Notes under the pieces: model-generated
Told to the model about the DNA's origin: nothing
What the model saw: the letters and a program-made list of their open reading frames with translations, nothing else
Database searches by the model: none
Shown here: in pieces, positions 1-10,515 of the stretch
Layout of the letters: each line of letters opens with the position of its first letter
How positions within the stretch are numbered: the stretch's first letter is position 1
NCBI GenBank assembly: GCA_043803405.1
Contig: JAZDKB010000004.1
Span: forward strand, 1 to 64,000
Length of the DNA: 64,000 bases
Direction of reading: 5' to 3'
From: Spirochaetota bacterium
GTDB lineage: Bacteria; Spirochaetota; UBA4802; JAFGDQ01
Position numbers and translations under genes: made by a program

Positions 1-75
1 TATCTGATTTACTGTTAAATTCTTAAAATCTATCTGCTTTAACAGTTCTTCTACTATTTCTTTTCCTTCAGCCAT
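1..75 (-). CDS. IS256-family transposase, N-terminal fragment (runs off the window)
   Basis: The minus strand reads MAEGKEIVEELLKQIDFKNLTVNQI..., resembling IS256-family transposase N-termini. A GAGGAG RBS lies upstream and an IS256-like terminal sequence is at 113-159. Confidence 0.7.
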   Translation of the reverse strand, partial: MAEGKEIVEELLKQIDFKNLTVNQI

Positions 76-159
76 TTTCTTCTCCTCTGTCTTCAATTAT
101 TTATTCTATGGCTGTTTACACAATCTTTTTTACACTCTCACAATCTTTTTTACACTCTC
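1..159 (-). mobile_element. Left end of an IS256-family element with its terminal 20 bp tandemly duplicated
   Basis: Minus strand GAGAGTGTAAAAAAGATTGT-GAGAGTGTAAAAAAGATTGT-GTAAA (units 120-139 and 140-159), upstream of the transposase ATG. Confidence 0.65.
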
Positions 160-485
160 GGAAAATGCCGTTCAGTACATGCAATTTTCCTTTAAATGCC
201 CCGATGAGCTGATCTGGAATGGGAAATTGCTGTACAGGGCAGGGAATTTCCTATGTCTGTGCCCTGAATTTGGGGTGCCGGATGGCAAATTGCCGCCTCA
301 ATATGGGAAATTCCTGTACTGATACCCCAAAATTGCCATTCGGAATGGCAATTTGCTATCAGGGAGAGGAAATTCGAGTCTTTTTACCCCCTTCTCTTGT
401 TTGTAAGAGAAGGGGGAAAGGGGGATGAGTTTAAAAATTGTTGTCGGGAATAAAAATTTCCTTACCTTAAATGGCAATTTGCCTA
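160..485. repeat. Degenerate 21-bp-period repeat array
   Basis: GGNAAWTKCC-like cores start at 221, 242, 263, 284, 305, 326, 347, 368, 431, 452 and 473, all in 21-bp register. Confidence 0.7.
385..430. repeat. REP-like palindrome (CCCCTTCTCTT...AAGAGAAGGGG) with a GGGGGATGAG tail
   Basis: Inverted repeat seen directly; same style as the element at 27.1-27.4 kb. Confidence 0.6.
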
Positions 486-599
486 TATCCGGATGCCGGA
501 TTCAACTTTTATAAATTTTGCTTGAAAATTGATCATAATCATTCATATCTACAAAATAATTATTTTTAAAATGCAGTCTAACCGGAAGGATAAAATAAT

Positions 600-2108
600 A
601 TGAAAAATAATATTAAATTTAACAGGATTTTACTGGCATTATCTTGTATTATAATTTTTACCTCTCCTTTTTTCGGAGCAGATAAACGCGCTGTGGTTTT
701 TCCTTTCAGCTATGCAGGCGATCCGGCAAAGGCTTACACCGTGCAGGCAATTAAGAATATGCTCGGCAAAAGGCTTTCCGGAAGCGGCATTGAAGTGATC
801 GCAGATGAGCAGTATAATTCAATTTTAAATGAAAAAGAGAAGTCCGGCAATATTTCTGCTGAAAGGATAAGAGAAGCGGGGATTAAGCTTAAAGCGGAAT
901 TTGCCGTATATGGAAGCGTTACCACTGCGGGAACGTCATCGAGCCTGGATTTTTTCATTCTGGATACAGCTAAAAAGGATTCCGTTCCAGTTAAGATTTC
1001 CGAGGTCGTAGCTGAGGATCAGCTGATTGCAAAGACTGCAGCAATTGCGGATCAGTTTAGAAATATTATGCAGGGCGGCCAGGCTAAAGCCGGCGAGGGT
1101 GCTGTAAAAGGCAGGCTTTTATCCTCTCTGGAAGTGACAGGGAGTTTTAAATTGAAAAAATCGCAGGTTATGTCCTTTGATATTGCTGATCTGAACAAGG
1201 ACGGGAACAATGAACTAATCCTGCTGGAACAGTCAATTATCAGGATATTTGTAAAAGAGAACAATGCATGGGTGCAGAAGGACAGCCTTGAGAGTTCTGC
1301 CGGAGAGATTTTTTTAAAAGTAAGCGTTGGCGATGCGGACGGAAACGATATTCCCGAAATTTATATTATGACTCTTTACGGGGCTACTATGCAGACTGGA
1401 GTATGGGAGTGGCAGGGAAAATTTAAAATACTGTTCCGCGAGAAGGGCAGTATAAGAGTTATTAAGGATGCGTCTGCAAATAAGCCAAAGCTGCTTTTCC
1501 AGGATACTAAATATGAAGAGCCGTTTATAGATATGATGTACTTTATGGAATATGACAAAAAGGGAAAACTGATCCGCGGGGAACCTTTAAAACAATTTAA
1601 TAAAGTTCAATTCAGTACGTTATTGTTGTTTGATCTTGATAAAGACGGCAAAATGGAATTTCTGGGACTGGACGATAAATCATATCTTCATGTCTGGGAC
1701 AGGGACGGTAAAAGCCTGTGGAAGAGCAAGGAAGAAATGGGCGGAACCAATAATGCTGTTTTTTTAGAATATGATAATTTTAATCCATCATCAACAAAAA
1801 AATATAGAAGCCCGCTAACCTGCAGTCCTGTTGTTATGGACATTGACAGGGACGGGCAGGAAGAGATAATTGTTGTTCAGAATTCTTCATCACTCAGCTT
1901 ATCGGAACGCACAAGAACCTATGAGAAAGGTTATTTTTATATTTATAAGATAGAGGGCAAAAAACTTACAAACCCATGGACTTCACAGGAAATGAACAAC
2001 TGCATTACCGAAATACAAAGCGACGGCCGGACTCTTTATTTAAGCACGGAAGACGGGCTGCCTGTAGGTATTTTTAAAGGCACCAGCGAAATTCTGTGGT
2101 TCGATTAA
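600..2108 (+). CDS. Exported FG-GAP/VCBS-repeat protein with an N-terminal TolB-N-like domain
   Basis: Signal peptide; repeated DxNxDG/DxDxDG motifs (DLNKDG, DADGND, DLDKDG, DIDRDG). Confidence 0.75.
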   Translation: MKNNIKFNRILLALSCIIIFTSPFFGADKRAVVFPFSYAGDPAKAYTVQAIKNMLGKRLSGSGIEVIADEQYNSILNEKEKSGNISAERIREAGIKLKAEFAVYGSVTTAGTSSSLDFFILDTAKKDSVPVKISEVVAEDQLIAKTAAIADQFRNIMQGGQAKAGEGAVKGRLLSSLEVTGSFKLKKSQVMSFDIADLNKDGNNELILLEQSIIRIFVKENNAWVQKDSLESSAGEIFLKVSVGDADGNDIPEIYIMTLYGATMQTGVWEWQGKFKILFREKGSIRVIKDASANKPKLLFQDTKYEEPFIDMMYFMEYDKKGKLIRGEPLKQFNKVQFSTLLLFDLDKDGKMEFLGLDDKSYLHVWDRDGKSLWKSKEEMGGTNNAVFLEYDNFNPSSTKKYRSPLTCSPVVMDIDRDGQEEIIVVQNSSSLSLSERTRTYEKGYFYIYKIEGKKLTNPWTSQEMNNCITEIQSDGRTLYLSTEDGLPVGIFKGTSEILWFD

Positions 2109-2755
2109 CTTTTTTTCTTAGATAAATAATAGTGCCGCAGAAACTCAAATACGCCCGGCATAACTGAAATTATTATAATAGCTAATATAACCAGGCTGAA
2201 ATTATTTTTAACTATAGCCAAATTGCCGAAGAAGTAACCTGCAAACATGCAGATCGCTACCCATGCAATTCCGCCTATGACATTGTAGCTGATAAACTTC
2301 CAGTATGTCATGCTGCCTATTCCTGCCACAAAGGGCGCGAATGTGCGGATGATCGGGATAAACCGCGCGATAATAATCGTTTTCCCGCCGTATCTCTCGT
2401 AGAACTGATGCGTGCGGTCAAGATGTTCTTTCTTTAAAAAACGTATTTTCTCCTGCTGGAATATTTTCGGGCCTATGTGATGCCCTATCCAGTAATTTGC
2501 AGTGTCGCCTGCTACAGCTGCAACGGCGAGAAGGATAAACAGTATCCGCACGTCCAGTGCCCCGTTAGCAGCAAAAGCCCCGGCTGCGAAAAGCAGCGAA
2601 TCTCCGGGCAGAAACGGAGTAACAACAAAGCCTGTTTCGCAGAAGATTATTATAAAGAGGATGAGATATGTCCATAGTCCGTAATTTTGAATAAGCTCGT
2701 TAAGGTGCACGTCTATGTGCATTATGAAGTCTATCAGCATTTTAATGAATTCCAT
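2105..2755 (-). CDS. dedA: DedA family membrane protein
   Basis: [15 protein letters not shown] and [16 protein letters not shown] motifs. Confidence 0.92.
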   Translation of the reverse strand: MEFIKMLIDFIMHIDVHLNELIQNYGLWTYLILFIIIFCETGFVVTPFLPGDSLLFAAGAFAANGALDVRILFILLAVAAVAGDTANYWIGHHIGPKIFQQEKIRFLKKEHLDRTHQFYERYGGKTIIIARFIPIIRTFAPFVAGIGSMTYWKFISYNVIGGIAWVAICMFAGYFFGNLAIVKNNFSLVILAIIIISVMPGVFEFLRHYYLSKKKS

Positions 2756-2939
2756 TATTTATCCCCGAATCAGCGAAAGGCTATATTGTTTTTTTTAAAA
2801 TTATGTTAAATTAAAGTAATGATATTTTTGAGTCAAGGCATAATCATGCAAGAAGGATGTTTCTTTATTGTAATATATTTCATATTATAGTTACTTAGTC
2901 ATATTAATTAATTTATTTAAGATGGATTCTGGTAATAAA

Positions 2940-4115
2940 ATGAGAAACTTCATCAATGATCGGGTTGGCTCTCTGCCTAAAGGTTTTTTGCAGTTTCTTG
3001 CAGCTGCATCTATCTTCGGATTTTCCATGGCTGTGGTTAACGCAGTATTCAATAACTTTTTAAGCGAAACATTCGCCATGGGCGATTTTAAGCGCGGAAT
3101 GATCGAGCTCCCGCGCGAGCTCCCGGGATTTCTTGTTATATTTATATCAGCACTGTTTTACTTCATGTGCAACCGCCGTTTCGCTGCCCTGGCGAATATT
3201 CTGGCCGCAGTCGGTATTTATCTTGTGGGCCATTTTTCGGTTACTTATGCGGTTATGCTTGCGTGGCTTTTTATCTTCAGCATTGGCCAGCATATATTTC
3301 TGCCGCTTACACAAAGTATAGGCATGGAGTTTGCCGAAAAAGGGAAAGTGGGCAAGCGCCTGGGCCAGCTTACTGGGGCATCAAATTTTGCCGCGATCAT
3401 AGGAAGCTTTCTTATATTTATCGGATTTAAATATTTAAATTTTTCGTTTTCAATTTCGTTCACAATCGCTGCTCTAGGTCTTGCTGTTTCTTCAATATTA
3501 TTATTTTTAATGCAGCCGGATAAGGCGCATCCGGACCATTCAAAATTCACGCTGCGCAGGGAATACAGCCTGTTTTACTGGCTCAACATTCTTTTCGGCA
3601 CACGAAAACAGATATTTCTTACTTTTGCACCGTGGGTGCTTGTTACCATTTTTAAACAGAACACAGCAATGGTAGCGACTTTGCTGACTGTCGGTGGCGT
3701 AATAGGCATTGTGTTTAATCCGGTACTCGGGCACGCGATCGACCGTTTCGGCGAGAGGCGCATTTTAATGACTGAGGCTGCCGTGCTCATAGTCGTTTGT
3801 ATAGGATACGGCTTTTCCCGAATGCTGTTTGATGAACAGACCGCGTTTTATATCGCAGCCGGCTGTTTTATTGCAGATCAGCTGTTGATGTCGGTCGGCA
3901 TGGCGCGCGCCACATATTTAAAGAAGATCGCAGTAAAGCCCGAAGATGTGAGCCAGACTCTCACCATGGGCATTACCATAGACCACTTTTTTTCTATTTC
4001 TATAGCTCTTATAAGCGGGACTATCTGGACAAGCTTCGGATACCAGTACGTATTTTTAATGGCAGCAGTGATTGCTGTAATGAATTTAATTTCCGCGTCG
4101 CGCATACGGGTGTAG
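2940..4115 (+). CDS. MFS transporter
   Basis: About 12 hydrophobic segments; G..IDRFGER motif. Alternative start at 2922. Confidence 0.85.
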   Translation: MRNFINDRVGSLPKGFLQFLAAASIFGFSMAVVNAVFNNFLSETFAMGDFKRGMIELPRELPGFLVIFISALFYFMCNRRFAALANILAAVGIYLVGHFSVTYAVMLAWLFIFSIGQHIFLPLTQSIGMEFAEKGKVGKRLGQLTGASNFAAIIGSFLIFIGFKYLNFSFSISFTIAALGLAVSSILLFLMQPDKAHPDHSKFTLRREYSLFYWLNILFGTRKQIFLTFAPWVLVTIFKQNTAMVATLLTVGGVIGIVFNPVLGHAIDRFGERRILMTEAAVLIVVCIGYGFSRMLFDEQTAFYIAAGCFIADQLLMSVGMARATYLKKIAVKPEDVSQTLTMGITIDHFFSISIALISGTIWTSFGYQYVFLMAAVIAVMNLISASRIRV

Positions 4116-4120
4116 CGCTT

Positions 4121-4375
4121 CTATACCTTTTTCATTGAAAAAAAAGTTCCAAGGCTGTTGCCGCCTGCAAATGCAATTATGTTGAACAATCCATCGTTTA
4201 AACTATCCTTTAGCAGAACAGTTAAAAAGGCAAAATTTACCAGGGTAATTAATCCGCTCAGAAAAGCAGCCCGCCCCATTTTTTTGGTAACGATAAAATT
4301 TGTATATTTGGCTGTCAGGAGATCGACAACAAATCCTGCGATAAAGATTAGTATAATATTAATAATGATAATCAT
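4121..4375 (-). CDS. Small membrane protein (DUF5698-like)
   Basis: 84 aa with 3 hydrophobic segments, FAGGNSLGT near the C-terminus, strong AGGAGG RBS. Confidence 0.6.
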   Translation of the reverse strand: MIIIINIILIFIAGFVVDLLTAKYTNFIVTKKMGRAAFLSGLITLVNFAFLTVLLKDSLNDGLFNIIAFAGGNSLGTFFSMKKV

Positions 4376-4838
4376 GGCTGCACCTCCTTTCTATCGGGTT
4401 CTAAAAATTCCGAACCCGTAGTTTAGACAAAACAGCGCTTACGTCATATTATCATTTTAAACAAAATATGATAAAACGACCTGCTTTGCAACAAATCAGA
4501 ATATTATTAAATTTATGCGTTAGATTATGGGGAAAGATTCAGAGTATTAAAAGGAAAGATAAATACGGAAGATAACCTGAATCTCTTTCATCCATAACCC
4601 AACGACCGTTTGCTTACATCCATTGAGTTCTCCACACTTTAATATTTAGCGAAACCTCATCTCTCGCTTTCACATATAATATACACCAGAACAGGCTTAA
4701 TTTCAAGGAAATTTCCTGTATACTTCCGCAGTTGCACTTGAGAGTATTTATGTATAATAAATAAAAAGTTGACACAGATGAGATTTTTTGAGAAAAAAAT
4801 GCCTATTGTATTAAGAAAAGACTCAATGGAGCTATATT

Positions 4839-5552
4839 TTGTCGACTCGTAAGCAGGAGTTTTTTTCCGGAGCACGTGATACATTTCCGCTGCTTTTAGG
4901 AGCTTTCCCGTTCGGGTTGATTTACGGAGCCCTTGCCGTCAACTCAGGACTGTCAATAACTGCATCGATGGCAATGTCCTTGTTTGTCTTTGCAGGATCC
5001 GCTCAGTTTATTGCTGTGGGATTGATCTCTGCCAGGGCTCCTGTAATAATCATAATTTTAACTACCTTTATCGTTAATCTGAGGCACATGCTTTACAGCG
5101 CTACGTTATTACCTTATTTAAAGCACCTGCCTCAAAACTGGCGGATTCCTTTAGCGTTCTGGCTGACTGATGAGACCTTTGCCGTGACAGTTCACCGTTT
5201 TCAGAAAGATGATCCTTCCGGATTGAAGCACTGGTATCAGCTGGGGTCATCCATTGCCATGTATTTGAACTGGCAATTCTGGTGTTTTCTCGGTTTGATT
5301 CTTGGTGATAGAATTCCGGATGCTTCGGGCTGGGGACTGGATGTTGCAATGCCGGTCACATTTATAGGAATGATAATTCCTTTTGTTAAAAATATGCCGG
5401 TTGCAGTCTGTGTTGCAACTGCGGGGGCATGTTCTTTGTTAACATTAGGTTTGCCGTACAAGCTGGGGATCATAGTTTCAGCATTTATAGGGATATTTGC
5501 CGGAGTAGTAACAGAGCGCATAAGAAAGACTGTTCAAAAAGAGGCAGTATGA
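4839..5552 (+). CDS. azlC: AzlC family branched-chain amino acid exporter permease
   Basis: [17 protein letters not shown] and LTDETFA motifs; TTG start with GGAG RBS. Confidence 0.92.
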   Translation: MSTRKQEFFSGARDTFPLLLGAFPFGLIYGALAVNSGLSITASMAMSLFVFAGSAQFIAVGLISARAPVIIIILTTFIVNLRHMLYSATLLPYLKHLPQNWRIPLAFWLTDETFAVTVHRFQKDDPSGLKHWYQLGSSIAMYLNWQFWCFLGLILGDRIPDASGWGLDVAMPVTFIGMIIPFVKNMPVAVCVATAGACSLLTLGLPYKLGIIVSAFIGIFAGVVTERIRKTVQKEAV

Positions 5553-5869
5553 CCGGGAATGAACTTTTGATGATTCTTGGCATGATGGGCGTTACTTTCG
5601 GAATTCGTTATTTTCTTTTTGCACTGGCTGACCGGATAAAAATGCCGGTTTTAATGGAAGCGTCTCTTAAATACATCCCTCCGGCTGTTTTGATCGCAAT
5701 TACTTTGCCGGCGGTTTTACTGCCAAATGGAGAATGGCACATTTCCTTTTCGAATTCGTACCTTGTCTCTGCGATAGTTACTGCAATTGCAGGCGTTATA
5801 ACCAGGAATTTGCTGGCAACGATTGCGATAGGTCTTTTGTCGTTTTTTGTGTATCGGATGTTAATGTAA
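5549..5869 (+). CDS. azlD: AzlD family protein
   Basis: ATGA overlap with azlC; VTFGIRY and LKYIPPAVL motifs. Confidence 0.88.
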   Translation: MTGNELLMILGMMGVTFGIRYFLFALADRIKMPVLMEASLKYIPPAVLIAITLPAVLLPNGEWHISFSNSYLVSAIVTAIAGVITRNLLATIAIGLLSFFVYRMLM

Positions 5870-5940
5870 TTAAATTTGAATAATTAAGTATGTTTTATAT
5901 TTGCTGCAAAAACGCGAAGACACAAAAAATAAAAAATTTT

Positions 5941-6012
5941 ACCACGGAGACTCAGAGACACAGAGTATTTATTTTGTTTTTAGCTACAACAAATTCTCTG
6001 TGCCTCAGTGGC
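5941..6012. repeat. Inverted arms of tandem CACAGAG(A)-type octamers
   Basis: CCACGGAGACTCAGAGACACAGAG ... CTCTGTGCCTCAGTGG; related copy at 45689-45787. Confidence 0.7.
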
Positions 6013-6086
6013 ATATTTAATTAAAATTGATTAAAGCGTAGTGCCGACGTGCCGAATTCCGCTAAATAATAATAGGATATTGTAAT

Positions 6087-7385
6087 TTGAAAAAAAAAGT
6101 AGGACTGATTTCACTCGGATGCCCCAAGAACCTTGTAGACAGCGAGATTATGCTTGGGCTATTGAGCAAGGCATCCTTTGAGTTCACAAACGATAAAAAA
6201 CAGGCTGATATACTCATTGTAAACACATGCGGCTTTATTGAGTCCGCAAAAAAAGAGTCGATAGATACGATCCTCGAAATGGCTGAATGTAAAAAAGGCA
6301 AATGCGAACTCTTGATTGTAACAGGCTGCCTTGCTGAAAGATACAGGCACGAGCTGGCGGACATCATCCCCGAAGTGGACGTACTTGTGGGCACTGGAGG
6401 GTACGGCGGCATTGTTAAAGTAATCAAACAGGCATACTCGTCCGGTAAAGCTGAATCGTTCCCGGAGCAGTGCGGCTTATCATACTTAAATAATAAAAGA
6501 ATATTAAGCTCGGATAAAGGCTACGCGTATTTAAAGATAGCCGAGGGATGCGACAACCGCTGCACGTACTGCGTTATTCCGTCCATACGCGGCCGGTACA
6601 GAAGCAGGCGTATGGAAGATATACTGAAGGAAGCAAAATCGCTTGCAGCTCTAGGCAAAAAAGAGATTATTCTTATTTCGCAGGACACAACGCGCTACGG
6701 CATCGACCTTTATAAAAAAAGAAGTCTGGTAAAATTGATAAAAAAGCTTTCCGCGATAAAGGGCATAGAATGGATAAGAGTGCTTTACTGCTATCCTGAA
6801 GAGATTGACGGGGATCTGATCGCGGAGTTGCGGAATAACCCGAAGCTGTGCAGATATCTCGATATCCCGGTGCAGCATATCAGTACCAGGATACTAAAGG
6901 CGATGGGTAGAAGGGGAACAGGAAAAGATATCGGGAGCCTCGTCCTGAAGCTGAGGAGCGAAGTGCCGGGTATTGTTCTGCGGACTTCTTTGATAACAGG
7001 GTTTCCGGGCGAAACAGAAGAGGACTTTAAAATGCTTTGTGATTTTGTTAAGAGTGCGGAGTTCGACAGGCTCGGGGTGTTTACGTATTCACAGGAAGAA
7101 GGCACAAAAGCTGCTCTTATGAAAGAACAGATACGTAAATCAATTAAAGATAAAAGATACAGGAGCATAATGAAGCTTCAGGATTCCATTAACAAAAAAA
7201 ATAACGCAAAAAGAATCGGCACAAAAAGCATGGTAATTGTTGATGGCAAAACCGAAGACGGCAGGCTTTATTTTGGAAGAACTTATGCCGAGGCTCCGGA
7301 TATTGACTGGGTTATATTTTTTGCAGACGATAAAGCGCTGAAGCCTGGCGATATTACAGAGGCATATATCCTGGCGATAGAATGA
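6087..7385 (+). CDS. rimO: Ribosomal protein S12 methylthiotransferase RimO
   Basis: SLGCPKNLVDSE, NTCGFI, and the radical-SAM motif CDNRCTYC. Confidence 0.93.
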   Translation: MKKKVGLISLGCPKNLVDSEIMLGLLSKASFEFTNDKKQADILIVNTCGFIESAKKESIDTILEMAECKKGKCELLIVTGCLAERYRHELADIIPEVDVLVGTGGYGGIVKVIKQAYSSGKAESFPEQCGLSYLNNKRILSSDKGYAYLKIAEGCDNRCTYCVIPSIRGRYRSRRMEDILKEAKSLAALGKKEIILISQDTTRYGIDLYKKRSLVKLIKKLSAIKGIEWIRVLYCYPEEIDGDLIAELRNNPKLCRYLDIPVQHISTRILKAMGRRGTGKDIGSLVLKLRSEVPGIVLRTSLITGFPGETEEDFKMLCDFVKSAEFDRLGVFTYSQEEGTKAALMKEQIRKSIKDKRYRSIMKLQDSINKKNNAKRIGTKSMVIVDGKTEDGRLYFGRTYAEAPDIDWVIFFADDKALKPGDITEAYILAIE

Positions 7386-7545
7386 GGGCTGTATGTCGGC
7401 ATATTTTCAGCTGAATTGGTATCTTACTATTAATTTTTTTTAAAATATAGAAGATCACTGATAAAATTTTATTGAATTCTATTGTGATTATTTTTATTCT
7501 AATCTTATAAAAAATTTGTCAGCATGAGCATCAATGGCGGTGAAT

Positions 7546-8292
7546 ATGAAAAAGATATATATTCTGTTAATGCTTATTATAGCCTCTGCTGTAATAACAT
7601 CATGTAAAAAAGAGGTCGATGCCCCGGAAGCGCTTAAAGAAAGCTGGAAAACTGCGCAGAACGCGCAGGTTAACCGGGAGATAAAAAAGCTGGAGGAAGG
7701 GATAAAAAGCGCGAAGGATAATTCCGAGAAGTCCAGGCTTTACAGCGAAAAGGCATCGATCGAAGTGGATAAAGGCGACCTTGAAAGCTCGCTTAAAAGC
7801 GCAAAGGCGTCTGTTAGCAGCGACCCACGACTTGCTGACGCTCATTACGCGCTTGGAAGGGCCTACCTGTGCGACGCTAAGTTCAAAGACGCGCTGGTAG
7901 AGCTGCTTTTAGCAGTTGAGTACAACGAAAAGCATGCTCCTGCGCACTTCGAACTCGGCAACTTATATTACAAGATTGGAAAGTTTAAAGAAGCGATCGG
8001 TGAATACACACTTGCCGTTAAATACGACAGCAAACACTTTATGGCATACAACAATCTCGGCGTAGTGTATTATCTCGCAAATGAGCCTTTAAGTTCCGTA
8101 ATTGCATTTGAAAAAGTAAGGGAGCTGAATCCGAAATATCCTTCAGTATACAAAAACCTGGGACTGGTTAACGAACTTAAATTAAAGAGAAGGCAGACAG
8201 CGGCTCAATATTACAGGAAATATCTGGAACTCAGTCCTAATGCGCCCGAACGCGCTGCGGTGAAGATGTGGATAACGGCGCTGGGAGGATAA
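7546..8292 (+). CDS. TPR-repeat lipoprotein
   Basis: Lipobox-like ITSC after a hydrophobic stretch; multiple TPRs. Alternative start at 7534. Confidence 0.8.
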   Translation: MKKIYILLMLIIASAVITSCKKEVDAPEALKESWKTAQNAQVNREIKKLEEGIKSAKDNSEKSRLYSEKASIEVDKGDLESSLKSAKASVSSDPRLADAHYALGRAYLCDAKFKDALVELLLAVEYNEKHAPAHFELGNLYYKIGKFKEAIGEYTLAVKYDSKHFMAYNNLGVVYYLANEPLSSVIAFEKVRELNPKYPSVYKNLGLVNELKLKRRQTAAQYYRKYLELSPNAPERAAVKMWITALGG

Positions 8293-8296
8293 GACA

Positions 8297-10324
8297 ATGA
8301 CAAACAGAAAGATAAAATACATTGTTGTTTTTGCTTTGCTGGCCGCGTTGTCCGGGATAATATATTCCCAGACGCAGAAGATAAGGCTGGCTGTTTCGCC
8401 CTTTGACTCATTGACAGTCGGAGCTGAGAAGGAGACTGCAGGTGTAAACGCGGCACGTATAGTTGAAGAAGGTTATAATAAACTACAGGGCTTTGAGGTC
8501 AGGAAGAGCGGGGCTGTAAATGACTACGTAAATAAACTCACAATGGCGCAGGCAGGCATAGGCGATCTTGACAGCCTTAAAGGCGCGGACAAGGATCTCA
8601 ATATTGATTATCTTACAGTCGGCTCTGTTTCCGTTTACGGGAATCAGTACGATGTTGATGCCAGGACAGTAAACTTAAACAACTGGCTGATCGTGCACTC
8701 AACTGGCATATCCTCGTTTGATCTTGATTCTGCATCCCAGGCAGTTTGCAGGGATGCTAAAATCACGCTTACTGCTCAGGATATAAAAGACAAAGAAAGC
8801 CTTGAGCGCACTTGCATATCTGTGTACAAATTTATCGGGTGCAATACGGCCGCGGAAGAAGCCGGCCTTGGGGGAGTTTTTGCCGAGCTTCTGAACAGCG
8901 AGTTAAGCACAATGCGCGGCATTTCCGTAATTGAACGTACGTATTCAAGAAAGCTTATCAACGAAAAAATCCTGGTGATGGCAGGAGTAATTGAAAACGA
9001 TACGACCGACGAAGGATTCAGGATAAGGGGCATTGATTATAAAGTAACTGGCAGGCTGACCATGTACGAAGGACTTATAGGGATCAGCTACAGCCTGGCA
9101 AGCACAATGGATAATAAAAGTGTATTTGCCGGTTACACGGAGATCGCTTCTTTAAAGGATATGAGACAGGCTGCCAGGTACATAGCGAAACTGATAGAGG
9201 CGTCCGTTAATGACAGGATCGGGTCGATCGAAATAGCGAGCGATCCGAACGGCGCTGATGTGGAGATAGACGGCAAGCCCTTCGGCAAAAAGACGCCGTT
9301 TGTAACTTCGCTGGGTAAAGGGCCGCATGCAATCAGGATTATGCTTGGGGAATACGAGGGTGAATACCAGGCTGATGTAAAATCAAAGGAAATTAATAAA
9401 ATACGAATCAAGCTGAAGTCGTCAAAGGGTTCGCTTAAGGTAACAACCAAACCGGACAAGGCCGATGTTGAGGTTGACGGCATTCGGATCGGCAAAACGC
9501 CTATTCTAAATGCTGCCATAACAAAGGGAAAGCATAAGGTAAATATTTACCTTGAAGGATATAAAAGCGAAGTGCGTGATATAGAGGTTAAGACAGCGGA
9601 GAAGATTGTCATTGACAGCGCTCTTATGAAAGATGACCGGACTGCGATTACTATTATCGGAGGCATTGCGTTTGTTTACGTAAAAGGCGGCGAGTTCGCG
9701 ATGGGTTCACCTGCCGGGCAGGGGGAGAATGACGAGCATCCTCAGCATAGAGTCGCTCTTGATCCTTTTTATATCGGCAAATACGAAATTACGCAGAAGC
9801 AGTACAGGGCAATAACCGAAGCAGTGCCGAGCCAGTTCTCGGGCGAGGATATGCCGGTAGATTCAGTAAGCTGGAATGATGCAATGGAGTTCTGCCGCAG
9901 GTTCAGCGAGAAATACAAGGTGGCTGTTCGCCTGCCTTATGAAGCTGAATGGGAGTACGCCTGCAAAGCCGGAAGCGTCACGAAATATTACTGGGGCGAG
10001 AACGTTAATCCGGAGTGTTGCTGGTATTACGAGAACTCAAATCAGCAGACCCGATTCGCCGGTTCAAGAAAGTGCAATGCGTGGGGCATACATGATATGA
10101 GCGGGAACGTGTCGGAATGGTGCATGGACTGGTACAGCGACAAGTATTACCAGGTATCATCTGCCCGGAACCCGAAAGGCCCGGATACTGGCAGGTACCG
10201 CGTTCTGCGCGGCGGCTCATGGTATGATGACGAATACACGGTTCGTTCCACACAGAGGATTTACGTGAAGCCGAAGTCCTATAACAGTTTATACGGATTC
10301 CGCGTGGCGTATTCCGTGCAGTAA
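8297..10324 (+). CDS. Exported protein: two CsgG/TolB-N-like domains, two PEGA domains and a C-terminal FGE-sulfatase (SUMF1-like) domain
   Basis: PEGA motifs SDPNGADVEIDG and TKPDKADVEVDG; FGE motifs GGEFAMGS, RLPYEAEWEYAC, DMSGNVSEW, RGGSW and GFRV. Confidence 0.85.
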   Translation: MTNRKIKYIVVFALLAALSGIIYSQTQKIRLAVSPFDSLTVGAEKETAGVNAARIVEEGYNKLQGFEVRKSGAVNDYVNKLTMAQAGIGDLDSLKGADKDLNIDYLTVGSVSVYGNQYDVDARTVNLNNWLIVHSTGISSFDLDSASQAVCRDAKITLTAQDIKDKESLERTCISVYKFIGCNTAAEEAGLGGVFAELLNSELSTMRGISVIERTYSRKLINEKILVMAGVIENDTTDEGFRIRGIDYKVTGRLTMYEGLIGISYSLASTMDNKSVFAGYTEIASLKDMRQAARYIAKLIEASVNDRIGSIEIASDPNGADVEIDGKPFGKKTPFVTSLGKGPHAIRIMLGEYEGEYQADVKSKEINKIRIKLKSSKGSLKVTTKPDKADVEVDGIRIGKTPILNAAITKGKHKVNIYLEGYKSEVRDIEVKTAEKIVIDSALMKDDRTAITIIGGIAFVYVKGGEFAMGSPAGQGENDEHPQHRVALDPFYIGKYEITQKQYRAITEAVPSQFSGEDMPVDSVSWNDAMEFCRRFSEKYKVAVRLPYEAEWEYACKAGSVTKYYWGENVNPECCWYYENSNQQTRFAGSRKCNAWGIHDMSGNVSEWCMDWYSDKYYQVSSARNPKGPDTGRYRVLRGGSWYDDEYTVRSTQRIYVKPKSYNSLYGFRVAYSVQ

Positions 10325-10408
10325 GAATTTATATAAGAAGATCAATTGTTTTGTTTGTTTTATCGTTTGAACATAAATAATTAAAATAATACCGCAGGAC
10401 TGTTTTTG

Positions 10409-10434
10409 CAGGGGCGAATAATTATTCGCCCCTG
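10409..10434. repeat. Perfect 26-bp REP-like palindrome CAGGGGCGAATAATTATTCGCCCCTG
   Basis: Perfect inverted repeat; resembles GTAG-type REP sequences. Confidence 0.7.
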
Positions 10435-10480
10435 TACGGTCTAGTCATACAAAAATTTTCTAAATCTAAACGTTTTATTC

Positions 10481-10509
10481 TTGACTGATGTAACCTATAT
10501 GGTTACATT
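10481..10509 (+). promoter_or_regulatory. Sigma70-type promoter of higBA with an overlapping palindromic operator
   Basis: TTGACT-N17-TACATT; ATGTAACC-N5-GGTTACAT palindrome at 10488-10508. Confidence 0.7.
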
Positions 10510-10515
10510 CGGAAT

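Noticed and set aside
160..485. CRISPR array or a real 69-aa protein (219-428)
   Set aside because: The period is only 21 bp, the cores are degenerate and there are no cas genes. The ORF merely translates the repeat and has no clear RBS.
7340..7385. RimO C-terminal truncation
   Set aside because: Only a few TRAM-domain residues seem to be missing; I cannot distinguish this from normal variation by eye.
10200..10440. Complete diversity-generating retroelement at the FGE-domain gene
   Set aside because: No reverse transcriptase, Avd or template repeat is visible in the window.
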